From Octopus bimaculoides (lineage: Eukaryota): 61,322 nucleotides of DNA. The first letter of the stretch is position 1, and each line of letters begins with the position of its first letter. The position numbers and the translations under genes are program-made. Location: the NCBI RefSeq assembly GCF_001194135.2, contig NC_069004.1, positions 26,720,228 through 26,781,549 on the forward strand, written 5' to 3'. The notes beneath the pieces are model-generated. The model was not told the origin of the DNA, made no database searches, and saw only the letters and a list, made by a program, of their open reading frames with translations. Positions 27,646-39,655 of this stretch are shown in pieces.

Positions 27646-27724
<79 letters not shown>

Positions 27725-28822
27725 TATGTTGTTGCTTTGTTTTAGACACGCTGTTCGAAGTCTCACCCAGAGACCTCTAGTAATAGTATCATCGTCGTCG
27801 TCATCATCAACACTACTACCATCAGCAGTACTGCTATAACGATCATGATGATCACCAACAGCACCACCATCATAATCATAATCATCATCATCATCATCAT
27901 CATCACCATCATCATCATCGTCATCATCGTCATCATCATCATTATCATTACCATTAGTATTATTAGTACTATCATTGTTACTATTATTATTAAAACTACT
28001 ACTACTACGACTACTACTACTATTTCTATTTTTATTATTTTTATTATTATTATTATTTCTATTACCATTATTATTAGTAGTATTATATGCTGGTTTTGTT
28101 ACTGTTTTTGTCCTCGTTATTGTTGTTGATGCTGTTGTTATAAAATTTTGCTGCTATTGTTGTTGTTGTTGTTATTGTTGATCGTATTCTTCCTATTCTC
28201 ATTGGCTTCGCAAAATTTCCAAGACAAATCGGTGACTTTTTCATTTAAAAAAATTTTTTTTTTTGTTGAAGTAATTCTAGCTGTTATCATCTTCATGCTC
28301 AATATTTCACTTTCTTTCTGTTTCTTTCTCTCTCTCACACCCTCTCAATCCCTCCCGCTCTCTTTTTACCCGTCTCTCTTCCTCCACCCTCTCTAAATTT
28401 TTGCAAACAAAATCGATTTTTTTATTTAGCTTGTAATTTTAACCAAAGATAAATTGAAATAGAAAACAAGAACAGCAACAAAATCAGAAACACACTACGC
28501 AAAAATTAGGCAGCCATAATTTTTCTTTATATATTTTTATATGCATTTATTTCTCTGTTTGTGTATTTTAAATTGTTGTGTGTGAGAGAGTGTGGGCTTT
28601 TTTTAAAAACTGAATCGTTACTTGTGTTTATGTCTTGCAAAAATTGGTTTCTAAAAATATCAAATCGCTTTCATTATCTTAATGGAACCCAGAAATTGTC
28701 AAACCTGTCAATTACCTGTAAACTATTATCGATATTTTTGATAAATGGAGCTGAGTGATGTGTCGAATGTTTAAATAACTTTTGTATTATTATCATTATT
28801 GTCATTTATTATTATTATTATT

Positions 28823-28873
<51 letters not shown>

Positions 28874-28876
28874 TTC

Positions 28877-28915
<39 letters not shown>

Positions 28916-29125
28916 ACTACAAGGCGGCGAGCTCGTACATTCGCTAGCACGCCGGACAAAATGCTTAGCAGCATTTCGTCCGTCTTTACGTTCTGAGTTC
29001 AAATTCCGCAGTAATGGCGAAAATTATTCACCTTGGAAGAGACCTTCTTCTTCTTCTTCTTCTTCTTCTTCTTCTTCTTCTTCTTCTTCTTCTTCTTCTT
29101 CTTCTTCTTCTTCTTCTTCTTCTTC

Positions 29126-29190
<65 letters not shown>
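27620..29190. repeat. Compound triplet microsatellites (ATT, CAT, ACT, CTT) with a CT-rich block
   Basis: Long pure runs at 27645-27725, 27840-28080, 28790-28915 and 29045-29190. Confidence 0.95.
28921..29010 (+). mobile_element. SINE family A head only
   Basis: GGCGGCGAGCT...GAGTTCAAATTCCGC, then the match is lost ahead of a (CTT)n run. Confidence 0.8.
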
Positions 29191-29447
29191 AATACTATTC
29201 CCAGCCTCATCCAGAGATTTCAATTAACTGAAAGTCATTTGTTTCATTACGGGTGTTTATGATTAGCAATGATTGGGAAAGGAGACGGAATTTTTAAACG
29301 AATCCGATATTTTCAAGGTGACAATGTTTCTCTTAAGACATGGGCAGTACCCACGAGAGATCATATTTCATAGTTCTCCTACTTTGGCTTACCTGAGATT
29401 TGACGACGGTGTTTAAAAAGTACCATTTGGTATTAGCCTTAATGCTC

Positions 29448-29772
29448 TGAAGGCGCTTAGCATAGTGGTTAGGGTATTCGGCTCCCGATCATAAGGTTGA
29501 GAGTTCAATTACCCGCGACTTGTTGTGTCCTTGAGCAAGACACTTTATTTCACATTGTTCCAGTTCAGTCACCTGGTAAAAATGAATAGTACGTGTATTT
29601 CAAAGGGCGAGCCTTGTCACATTCTGTGTCACGCCGAATCTCCATGAGAACTACGTTAAGAGTACACGTGTCTGTGGTGTGCTCAGCCACGTGGACGTTA
29701 ATTTCACGAGCAGGCTGTTCCGTTGATCGGATCAACTAGAACCCTCGTCATTCCTAAACGACGGAGTACCAG
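29448..29772 (+). mobile_element. Full-length SINE family B
   Basis: TGAAGGCGCTTAGCATAGTGGTTAGGG head, GAGTTCAATT B-box, GTTGTGTCCTTGAGCAAGACACT domain and complete tail. Confidence 0.92.
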
Positions 29773-30699
29773 TAATGCACCGATGGTCTATCACAGCTGT
29801 TTTTATTAGACGCCACATTTTTAAGAACTCCCATTTCATATCCGTGTAATTAGTTAACTTTTCAAATGTTTTTACTGAAGTGTTGCAGCCTGCAACACTT
29901 AATTATTGTTATGGTTGTTGTTCATGGTGAACAGTCTCATTTTGCAGTACTCCGTTAATAAATAACTTTTCCAGGATTACGTGATAATAAAAAGCATTTT
30001 TGGTTTTTGTTGGGACATTTAATCGTCCACTTGATTGCCCTGAAATAGAGAAGAAGGCTCAAATATTTTTATCGCATAAGCTTACTTTAGCAAACAACAA
30101 TCAGGCATTTCGAGATGTATTGTAGTCTTCATTGAGAAGGATCAGGTGAGAAGACAGGCATAACATACCGACAGATACAAACACGGTTCAACAGTGTGTG
30201 GGTTTCAGAAATTCACAGAGACGTGTAGTGCTTCACAGACATGCTGAAAGACTGGCTTTACAGTATATAGGTCTCAGAAATACGATGTTCTCAAACAGAG
30301 GACACAAAGGTGTAGATATAGATTTTAACCCCTGGTTTATCTTTAATTATTCTTACCAGTAAGAGCGGCGTATTTGAACCGCTGCAAAAATTTGTATTGC
30401 CTTGGGTCTTCATGAATATCTAGAAACGTTTGATCCGCAATAACTTCAAGCGTATCCAGTTGTAACCCATTTAACAAAACGGGTATGATATCAATCAGAT
30501 CAGTGATGCGGGATAGAAAGCCCAGTTCCTAAAGGTTTCTTTAAAAATAGTACTTGAGGAGTTTATGCGCAGAGTAAGAGGAAAGAAAATGTTAAAAATT
30601 ATACGAGTAGCATACAACAGTAGAGACAGCAACAAGAAGAAAAGTTTGTTTGCAGAGATGATAACCAGAACTGCTACTGTTGTGTACAGAACACCTCCG

Positions 30700-31190
30700 A
30701 GAATAGCAAGAATGGAAGCTGATGAAATTACCTCAATCTTACTTCCACCATCATTGAGAAAACGAGAGCTCTTCTCCTCAGCAAAGGGTCGGTTAGGTGT
30801 TACATTTTGAGGCAATGTGAAAGTTAAGGAGACGGAAGACGGATGGGAAAACCGTCGGTAATCGTAAGACAAGAAAGATGGAGGAAAAAAAAACTTCCGC
30901 TGGGATGAAAGGTAAGAGGCCTGGAAAAGGTATCCACTGGAAAAGGTACCCACTTGGTTAGAACATTTGCTTTTTTAATGGTAATTGGAAGGGGAAACCG
31001 CTGCGTGATTGACTTGATTGAGCCAAACAGAGAAAGAAAAACATATACTCTTTTGAGAGGAGAATTCGGTGAACAAATACCAGGCTATCCTATATTACAG
31101 ATGGCTGTTGGAGACCACGTAGTCAGTGGTTTTCATGCAGCTGAAAAATCACGGCTCAATTGATACGGCGACTAAAGATGCTGACAGGAA
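30700..31190 (+). mobile_element. Degenerate transposase-like block, possibly Merlin/ISXO2
   Basis: Across frames: KTRALLLSKG, KETEDGW, VIGRGNRCVIDLIEPNRERKT, ITDGCWR, NHGSID. These loosely echo the Merlin FGGIERG / SDCW / NHS motifs. Heavily decayed. Confidence 0.35.
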
Positions 31191-31194
31191 AATT

Positions 31195-31740
31195 CAGACT
31201 GATAGATTTTAGGAAAAAATTAATATAAAAGATAATACCAAAAATACTTATGAAACATGGGAAGATATGATATCAAGCAGCACCGATACTGTTTGAAAAC
31301 ATTTTATGCTTCGTTGCGTAAAGGTTTCAGATGATCTTCTCCAACTGACAATGGAACAGAAGTTGATTTCCATTAAACAAACAACAGAGTTGGCTGAGAT
31401 TTACTTGAACCAAAGTGTGAAGAATTAACTGGTCACGAAATTCGTAATTTGGATCGACACAGAGAGAATGGTGAAGTTGACAATCAAGAAATCGATGAAG
31501 GGACCAGCAAATGAACGAAATGTCTGCAAAAGAATTTGATGCGATGTTTTTATTTTTTTGAATTTGAGAATTTCAAATAATTAATATTGGACACCGTCAG
31601 TAAAATCTAACGAACAAGCAGACAAGTTTGATGAAACCTGACAAAGATCTTTGCTGCTACAGGCAGAAACATGAAAAGAAAATATTAAAAGAGAAAAAAT
31701 GTCATTCTAATGACTTCAGTTAATTGTTTCTCAAGGAAAT
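31195..31740 (+). mobile_element. Tigger/pogo transposase C-terminal fragment
   Basis: DRF*EKINIKDNTKNTYETWEDMISSSTDTV*KH resembles Tigger FWK.FTILDAIKNI.DSWEEV..STL.GVWKK. It is followed by an acidic EELT..EI segment and CCYR..EKK. Confidence 0.65.
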
Positions 31741-31829
31741 AAAACTATTATATTCTCACCTTTTTTAAGTATGCCACAAAAAAGTATGCTTAATTTTTAA
31801 TAAACTATTGGAGAGTAATCATTGTTTCG

Positions 31830-32045
31830 AGTGTCGCTCTGGCGGAATCGGTAAAGAATCTGAAAAAAAAAACGCTTTTAAGTATTATTTGTTCCTGGTC
31901 CTAATAGTCTGGGTTCAAATCCTGCCGACATCAACTTTGCCTTTCGTCCTTCGGGGTCGATAAAATACAGTGCCTGTGAAATACTGGAGTCGATATAATT
32001 GACTTGCCCCTCCCCACAAAAATGCTGGGCATGTGCAAAATTCAG
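31830..32045 (+). mobile_element. SINE family A copy
   Basis: GGGTTCAAATCCTGCC B-box and TTTGCCTTTCGTCCTTCGGGGTCGATAAAAT core. Confidence 0.85.
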
Positions 32046-32099
32046 AAAGAATTTTGTGCCAAAACTAAGAAGACATGTTACTATGTTACTTCAGAAATA

Positions 32100-32242
32100 A
32101 AAACAAATCGACCCCATGAATTAATCTAATAAGCCTAGTGCTTATTCTATCGGCCTCTTTTGCCGAACCGCAAACTATGCGGACGTAAACACACAAACAG
32201 CGGTTGTCAAGCGATGTTGGGGGTACAAGCATAGACACAAAG

Positions 32243-32292
<50 letters not shown>

Positions 32293-32440
32293 GCGCTTCT
32301 TTCAGTTTCTACCTACTAAATCCACTCACGAGGCTTTAGTTGGCCCGAAGTCATAGTGGAAGACATTTGCCCAAGGTTCCACGTGGTGGGACTGAACCAG
32401 AAACCATATGGTTTTAAAGCAAGCTTCTTACCACAGAGTC
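32100..32440 (-). mobile_element. SINE family C copy with internal (CA)/(TA) tract
   Basis: Reverse match to the family C head and 3' module. Confidence 0.85.
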
Positions 32441-32599
32441 AAGAAATTTGTTTCGTAAGTGCCACTATGCGGTATCTTGTGTGTTTCGTCAAACATAATC
32501 AATGAAATATGGTCGGCCAAACTTTGTGGAAACATTTCGAAGGAATCGTTTGTTATTAGATGATATACTTGATCACTGGCCCAGTTTAATATCCCCCAA

Positions 32600-32930
32600 C
32601 TGGCCATTAGGTGTCTTTCGCAGGTTATTCAACTTTGTTGTAAGTATCATACAAATAGCAAGTGACGAATACCGCAGTGAGATTGAGAATAACCCGGCTA
32701 TTGGACCACACAAAATTCTGCTGGCAATTGTTAAGAAAAGGAAACTGAAATAATATGGCCATCCCGCAAGAATCTCCAGCCTTGCAAAGACAATTCTGCA
32801 ACGCATAGAGGACGAAAGCATGGTAGCCGAGGGAAAGATAGGCTTGTAACATTAAAGAGTAGGCAGGCCTCAATTTTGCTGTGCAGCAGAAACCAGGAGA
32901 GGTAGCAAAATCTGGTTGCGACTTCAACAA
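32600..32930 (+). mobile_element. RTE-type LINE 3' end fragment
   Basis: AIGPHKILLAIVKKRKLK*YGHPARISSLAKTILQ matches the conserved RTE/RTEX ORF C-terminus. Confidence 0.88.
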
Positions 32931-33684
32931 ATGCAAAAATTGATAAAATGGCTCACGGATCGAATTAGTAAGCTTCGAAGTCATATCTCTGTTCTGAGAA
33001 TAACTATTTCCATTCATTTTATATAAAAGTGCTCATCGTTCATGCCATTCAAAAGCAGAATTTAAGTAAAGAAAGCAGAAGACTATAAAATCTTTGAATG
33101 CAACACAAACCACATAACAAACAGTAAAATACCATTTCAAGCAGAATCGACCTAATTCACTGCATTTTCTTATGTTATCAGATTATAATCCTAGATAACT
33201 TCACAACAATACAACATCCAACACAACAATACAACGTCCTGAAAAGTTTGTGAGTATTTTATCAAAGATTTTTGCCACATCACTGCCGAGAAATGACAAA
33301 GATGGCTGACTACAGAAAATGCAAGATATACACTTGCTACTTTGATCATAGCCTTGATTCCTTCCTTCCTTCCTTCAGACACCGGAAAAAATGGGAAATA
33401 TGAAACATCAAAAAATCTCTGCAAACAGCCTTATAAGTCTTGAAAATATTATTACATACACCGGCAGCATCTTTTTCCTCTCAAACCATAAGAAGACGAG
33501 CAAGGTTTTGCTTGTTCCCTAAACTGCTGGCATTCAAAACAAAATCTCTCCAATTCTTAGTCAACAGATGACTAATGAAAAAAAAAATCCATGGTGATTT
33601 ACTTACAGATGTTCAGACGATCAGCTGTAATAAAAATTATAATAACTGTTTTGAATTTTAGGAAAAAAATATTTTAAGTTGAGC

Positions 33685-33905
33685 GAGATGGCGGGCTGGG
33701 GGAAACGTTAGGACGTCGGGTGAAATGCTTAACAGAATTTTGTCTCTCTTTACGTTCTGAGTTCAAAATCCACCGAGATCGACTTTGCTTTTTATCCTTT
33801 CGGGATCGATACATTAAGTAGCAGTTGCGCACTGGGGTCGATCTAGTCGACTGGCTCCCTCCCCAAAAATTTCAAGCGTTGTACCTAGAATAGAAAAGAA
33901 TATTT
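33685..33905 (+). mobile_element. SINE family A copy
   Basis: Head, GAGTTCAAAATCC B-box, core and CAAAAATTTCAAG...AGAATAGAAAAGAATATT tail. Confidence 0.88.
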
Positions 33906-33914
33906 TAGGAAGAG

Positions 33915-34680
33915 AGAGTAAGTCAATTACATTGACCTCAGTTTTCAACTGGTACTTATTTTGTTGACCCCGCATTGATGAAAGGCACCAATGACTTCGG
34001 TGTAATATGAATTCAGAACTTAAAGAGACGGCAGAAATGCCGCCAGACATTTTGTTCGGCATGCTAACAATTCTGATGGCATAGTTCTTTCAGATCTTGG
34101 CACAAGGCCAGCAATTTTAGGAGAAGTGGGTCAGTCAATTACATCGACCACAATTCTAACCAGTTCCTACTTTATTGTCCTTGAAAGGACGAAAAGTATA
34201 GCTGATTTCGGTGGGATCTGAACTCAGAACGTAAACAGCCGAAAAATAAAATTTACAAAAACTTGTTTGATGAACTAACGAGTCTACCAATTCACCATTT
34301 CGAAGACTTACAAAATGATATCGGTTTCAAATTTTTAGACAAGGCCAGCAATTTGTGGGCGGGTGAGTTAATCGAATACACCCATCCAAGTGCTCAATTG
34401 GTCTTTTTTTATTGACCCCAAATGAATAAAAGGCAAAAGCGGATTCTGGCTGAATTTCAGTTCAGAACGTAAACATCTCTCCGTCCGACATTCCAACTAT
34501 TCTGCTAGCTCACTGCATTAGCAACAATTATAATAATTCTTTGTGATTTTGGTAGAAGGCTAACAATTTTTGTTTGGGAAGTGAAGCTAATTACATCTTC
34601 CCCAATACTCAGCTGCTATTTATTTTATCGACCTCGAACAGACGATAGGCAAAGTCGACCTCGGCAGAATTTGAACTGAG
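33915..34680 (-). mobile_element. Run of four same-orientation SINE family A copies
   Basis: Repeated reverse motif GGCACAAGGCCAGCAATTT...TCGAC...GAAAGGCAAAG...GAACTCAGAAC at about 33915, 34095, 34320 and 34530. Confidence 0.82.
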
Positions 34681-34979
34681 AGCAACAATTATAACAACAT
34701 GATTGTTGACATGATTATATGAAATGAAATGTAGTCGCATCAAAATCGTATGATATTTAGTTACACTCATTATCGCCAACAGATAAAGATATTGCATTGT
34801 GTCCACAGTTTCCCATCGTCAGTTTTACAGACCATATGTCTGTAGGTTTCAGGGTTAGCACATTAATGACGTTTAGATATGGATATACTTAATGGAAGAT
34901 TAACAGTTAATACCTTGGAACGGTTTACTCGACAGGATTATTGGCTTAGAAAGAGTAAAACAGGAACTACAATAGATAG

Positions 34980-35206
34980 GTGATCTGTCAGAAACGTTAG
35001 CACGCCGGGTGAAATGCTTAGAGGTATTTCGTCTGCCGTTACGTTCTGAGTTCAAATTCCGCCGAGGTCGACTTTGCCTTTCATCCTTTCGGGGTCGATA
35101 AATTAAGTACCAGTTACGCACTGGGGTCGATGTAATCGACTTAAAACCTTTGTCTGTCCTTGTTAGTCCCCTCTCTGTTTAGCCCCTTATGGGCAATAAA
35201 AGAACA
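34980..35206 (+). mobile_element. Young SINE family A with 18-bp perfect TSD
   Basis: TSD AGGAACTACAATAGATAG at 34962-34979 and 35207-35224; body nearly identical to 37855-38056. Confidence 0.95.
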
Positions 35207-36593
35207 AGGAACTACAATAGATAGCATATTGTGTGTATATCTAAAATTAAATATCATATTAAATTCAGACACACAGATGAAGTAAATTGATTCAGATATT
35301 ATTCTTTCTGTTTCTTTTGTTTCAGTCATTGGATTGCGGCCATGCTGGGGCACCGCATCGAGAGGGTTTTGTTGAACAAATCAACCCTAGTACCACATGT
35401 TTCTTTCAAAGTTTGATTATGATGATGATGATGATGATGATGATAATGATGATGACGATGATGATAATGATGATGATGATGCTGAAGATGATAAATAGAT
35501 AAATAATAACGATGACGATAATAAATAATTAAATTAATTAAGTATTGGTGCCGATTTGTTTTCCAGATCCCATCAAGGCGGCCCTCCAACATCGACACAA
35601 TCCAATAACTGAAACTAGCAAAAAGTAACAACAGCAAAAACAAAAGAAAAAAACACAGATAAATTCTGTGTTTTCTGGTAGTACGCTTGTTTGTACTTGC
35701 TCTCATCATTCCTAAGACACCTACTACAATATTACAATATAGTTGATACAATTTCAATTATCACATAGCGGTTACACGTAGTTAGATGTGCGATGTGTGT
35801 GCGGCGAACTTCTCCGTTACTTTTTAGAAATATGTTATTTCCCGCTGGGATTAATATATCTGTCAATGGACATTTTTGTTCTTTTTTTTTGTGAGCATCA
35901 TAGATATGTATAATAATATCTGAGTGGCTTTCATCTTCTTTTTGTCAATAAGAACCAGCATGGTCCCATTGTTTAGTCAAAATATTACTTTTCTGTAATG
36001 CTCCTCTCTTGCGTATATTTCGTATTACGTTTCTTTCTCTGTTAAGATCAACAGATTTTCTTGTCAAATGAAAGATTCCTATTACGTGAAAATTTGTGGA
36101 AGTTTATATCAGCTGTTTTACTTCATAGGATTGTATTTTTTAATTTTATCTTGGCTGATTTCTTTTTTTTTTTTGTATGTGTGTGTTTTGCCTTGTTTTG
36201 TGAAGCGCTAATGTAATTACTACGACAACGACGACCACGGTGAGAACGGCGAAAGAGGACGGCTACTACGGCGCAGAGGACGATGGGAATGGCGAAGAGG
36301 AAGGTGAGGACGGTGAGGAAAACGATTGTTACGCCGATGACTAAGACGGCCACAACGACTACCACCACCACCAAAATCAACCACCACTACCACCACCACC
36401 ATCACCACTACCACTGCCACTACTACTACTACTACTACGACGACGACGACGACGATTAAAGCCCGGTACTTATTTTATCGGGCACTTGAGGCCAAACCGC
36501 TACATTACGGGGACCGAAACACACCAACACTGGTTGTCAAGAGATGTTGGGGCACAAAGACAGACAGACACACAAACACACACACGCAAACAC

Positions 36594-36649
<56 letters not shown>

Positions 36650-36857
36650 CTATGCTCTGGTGTTTGCTGAATTTTTTCTGGAGAACATTATTTTTCTTTC
36701 TTTGGGTCGTTGATGACCTCTTTCTAGCATATTGGGTGTCCATTTAGTGGTCATCCCTTCTTATACGTATGTAATACAATTTTTCTGAATTATCAGATTT
36801 TTTATATGCTAGACTACTGGTTTTAAATTGAAATTAATATTCAAATTATCACCTTTA

Positions 36858-36892
<35 letters not shown>

Positions 36893-36895
<3 letters not shown>

Positions 36896-37123
36896 GGTTG
36901 GCCAAATGTCACCTGGCAGTAAATCAAAATCATTTGATTCCAAGATTTATTTATGTTTAACAACTGAATGAATTTAATAAGAGCATGTAAATATGAAACA
37001 TCGGGAAAATTGTTCAAACTGAAGTCCTTGAGCGACACATTTTTTCCAAATGAATAAATAAAATTGAATATTAAGTATTTATGGAATTTTGATTTACTGT
37101 CCGGTGACTTTTGGCCAACCCTA
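36893..37123. mobile_element. Tc1/mariner-type MITE (about 230 bp)
   Basis: About 37-bp TIRs AGGGTTGGCCAAAWGTCACC.G.CAGTAAATCAAAAT (3 mismatches), inserted in (TA)n. The internal minus strand retains a C-terminal-like CVAQGLQFEQ. Confidence 0.9.
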
Positions 37124-37854
37124 TATATATATATAGAAACCAGCTAGAGGGCAGTGGCCATGTTGGACCTCTATCAACTAGTGTTACAACACCTTCATTA
37201 ATCTTCCTCTATTAGCTCTCATTTGGTGAATGAGAAAGTTTGATGTTGTTGCCTTCATTCTCGCTTTCTGCACTGAAGATGGTTCATCTAGACCCCTCCA
37301 TGATAGGAGATCCAGTTTAAAACACACATATATCATTGAAGCGAAATTCACGGTGGATACATTACAGAAATTTTCCCCTTCGGGGTTCATCAGCCTGACG
37401 TCATTAAATAAAAACTGCGTCTTATTTTATAAATCAATATACTAGCTATTTGTAATAGTTTATTAGTCTGCCTATGTTCTCAGACGTTTTAAAATTCTTC
37501 GTTTTGTGAAATTCCAAGCAAAATATTTTCAAATTGCAGATAATTTATACTTTCTCATTAATTTTTAACTTCGAGATTTACACTTTAAACATTCTCAATA
37601 ATTTCTTTCTTTCTCTAATTATTCTTGTTAATTGATTATATTTTCAGGCGCCTATGTTCTAATTAGAGTATATTGATAAATAATATTTCACGATTCATCA
37701 GATACTGCTTCTATTGATTTTTTTTAGTGCTTTATGCCATCTAATCTTGGTAATGCTAATTACAAGTCTTGCACTAGGCCTAAATTTCTTATCTCTGTCA
37801 CTTGGAGAAGACATGCGAACAGCTCGTTAGACAGAAATTCAGTTAACACAACCG

Positions 37855-38056
37855 CCGGGCGAAATGCTTGGCGATATTTCGTCTGTCTTTACGTTCCGAG
37901 TTCAAATTCCGCCGAGGTCGACTTTGCCTTTCATCCTTTCAGGGTCGATAAATTAAGTACTAGTTACTCATTGGGGTCGATGTAATCGACTTAATCCCTT
38001 TGTCTGTGCTTGTTTGTCCCCTCTATGTTTAGCGCCTTGTGGGCAATAAAGAAATA
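37855..38056 (+). mobile_element. 5'-truncated young SINE family A with 22-bp TSD
   Basis: TSD AGAAAYTCAGTTAAYACAACCG at 37833-37854 and 38057-38078 (2 mismatches). Confidence 0.92.
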
Positions 38057-38109
38057 AGAAACTCAGTTAATACAACCGAAATGTGAACATTCAAGATTTT
38101 CATATTGGT

Positions 38110-38550
38110 TTTAAATTTCATAACGGTTTCAAAGGACAGCATTTTCAGGTAAATCGACCTCAGTACTCACCTGGTACTTATTTTATCCGTCCCGAAAGGA
38201 TGAAAGGTAAAGTCCACCTCGGCGGATTCTGAACATCGAACGTGGAGACGGACAAAATATCGCTAAACAATTTGCCCGTCGTTCTAATGATTCTACCAAC
38301 TCGCTCACCTATATTAAAATTCTAGATTCCCTTATTGATTTCAAATTTTGGCACAAGGCCAGCAATTACTTGGGAGGGGCTGAGTCGATTAAACCGACCC
38401 CGGTGCTCAACTGGTACTCCTTTCATCAGCTCCGAAAGGATGAAAGACGAAGCCGTCCCCAGCAGCATTTGAATCGAGAACATAAAGACGGATGAAATGC
38501 CGCTAAGTATTTTGCCCGGTGTGCTAACAATTCTGCCGGCTTGTCGCTTT
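38110..38550 (-). mobile_element. Two tandem SINE family A copies
   Basis: Reverse core CCCGAAAGGATGAAAGG at about 38190 and 38430. Confidence 0.85.
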
Positions 38551-38564
38551 TCTAGATCTTTATA

Positions 38565-38779
38565 CAGGGCTCGGCAGAAATACCTCCCACATTTGAAATG
38601 TTGACAAAAGGAGAAACAAACAATATTTATGAAAAATTAATTTTACTGTTGTTTAGACAAAGGATTACAGTTAATTTTTGTTCATTAGCCAAATGAAAAC
38701 ATCATTGGAATTTGCATAAGTTTATTAGCAACACGTAGGTGAAAGTTTAAAATGTGGGAGGTGTTTCTGCCGCACACTG
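38565..38779. mobile_element. Tc1/mariner-type MITE (215 bp) with TA TSD
   Basis: TIRs CAGGGCTCGGCAGAAATACCTCCCACATTTGAAA versus reverse complement CAGTGTGCGGCAGAAACACCTCCCACATTTTAAA (5 mismatches); TA at 38563-38564 and 38780-38781. Confidence 0.9.
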
Positions 38780-38796
38780 TATTTACTGCTAACGTA

Positions 38797-39005
38797 AGTC
38801 AGCGAGCTGGCAGAATCGTTAGCGAGCAGGATAAACTGCTCATCAGTATTTCTTTTGGTTCAAGGCGCTCTGGGTTCAAATTCCACAGGAACTGACTTTG
38901 CTTTTCATCCTCTTGATAAAATAAAGTAAAAGTGAAGCACTGAGACCGAAGCAATTGTTTGCCCTTCCCCTCAAAATTGCTGACCTTTCAAACATTAGAA
39001 AGAAT
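38797..39005 (+). mobile_element. SINE family A copy
   Basis: GCGAGCTGGCAGAATCGTTAGC head and GGGTTCAAATTCC B-box. Confidence 0.85.
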
Positions 39006-39324
39006 ACATAACCTGTTTTTGTTTCTTCGTTTTTGTTAAGACATAACTAATTTTCCTAAGAGGCGTGGCCTATTGGTTAGGGGCGTTCGGCTTGTGATAA
39101 GAAATTCATAGGGTTCACTTCGAGGAGCGATCGATGCTTAAGTTTGCTCTGCTCCAGACCTTTTGTAACTAAATACCACTCGAGTGCTTGAGCACCTCTA
39201 TTTCTCTCCGGCAGCTCTATCAAGAGTGTTTCGCAGGTACAAACGTGAGGGCGTCGAGAGAATGTATTTATCTGTTTGTGACTATATCAGCCCTCAACAT
39301 TTAGTGACATCTCACTATATGTAG

Positions 39325-39655
39325 TGAAGGCGTGTGGTCTAGTGGTTTGGCTGACGCATTCGTGATTGCTAGATCGGGGGCATCATGAACTCGTGGGCTC
39401 GGTTCTCAGGCCGACCGGTGCGTTGTGTCCATCGACAAATCACAGCTCTTCATTTCACGTTGCTCCAGTCCCCTATTTCAACCAGCAGGGAATGTTGGCT
39501 TGCTTGCTCAGCCAGCGAGGTGGAGTAATTCGAAGGCTAAAATGATGCAAAGCGCATTGTGGCCAGTCGATGTGCAACAACATCTGCAAGTGTGCTCAAT
39601 CACGTGATAGCGTGACTTACATGTTGGCAAACTATACTCGCTCGCGAGTGACACC
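39325..39655 (+). mobile_element. SINE family B-like copy
   Basis: GAAGGCGTGTGGTCTAGTGGTT head and GTTGTGTCC...TTTCACGTTGCTCCAG domain; the tail is diverged. Confidence 0.7.

Noticed and set aside
34800-34830. Minus-strand CTGACGA-TGG-GAAAC as a ribozyme
   Set aside because: Only 3 nt lie between the core and GAAA, so stem II cannot form. At most a deleted fossil.
38825-38847. Minus-strand CTGATGA-GCAG...CTGC
   Set aside because: No GAAA follows, and it lies within a SINE head.
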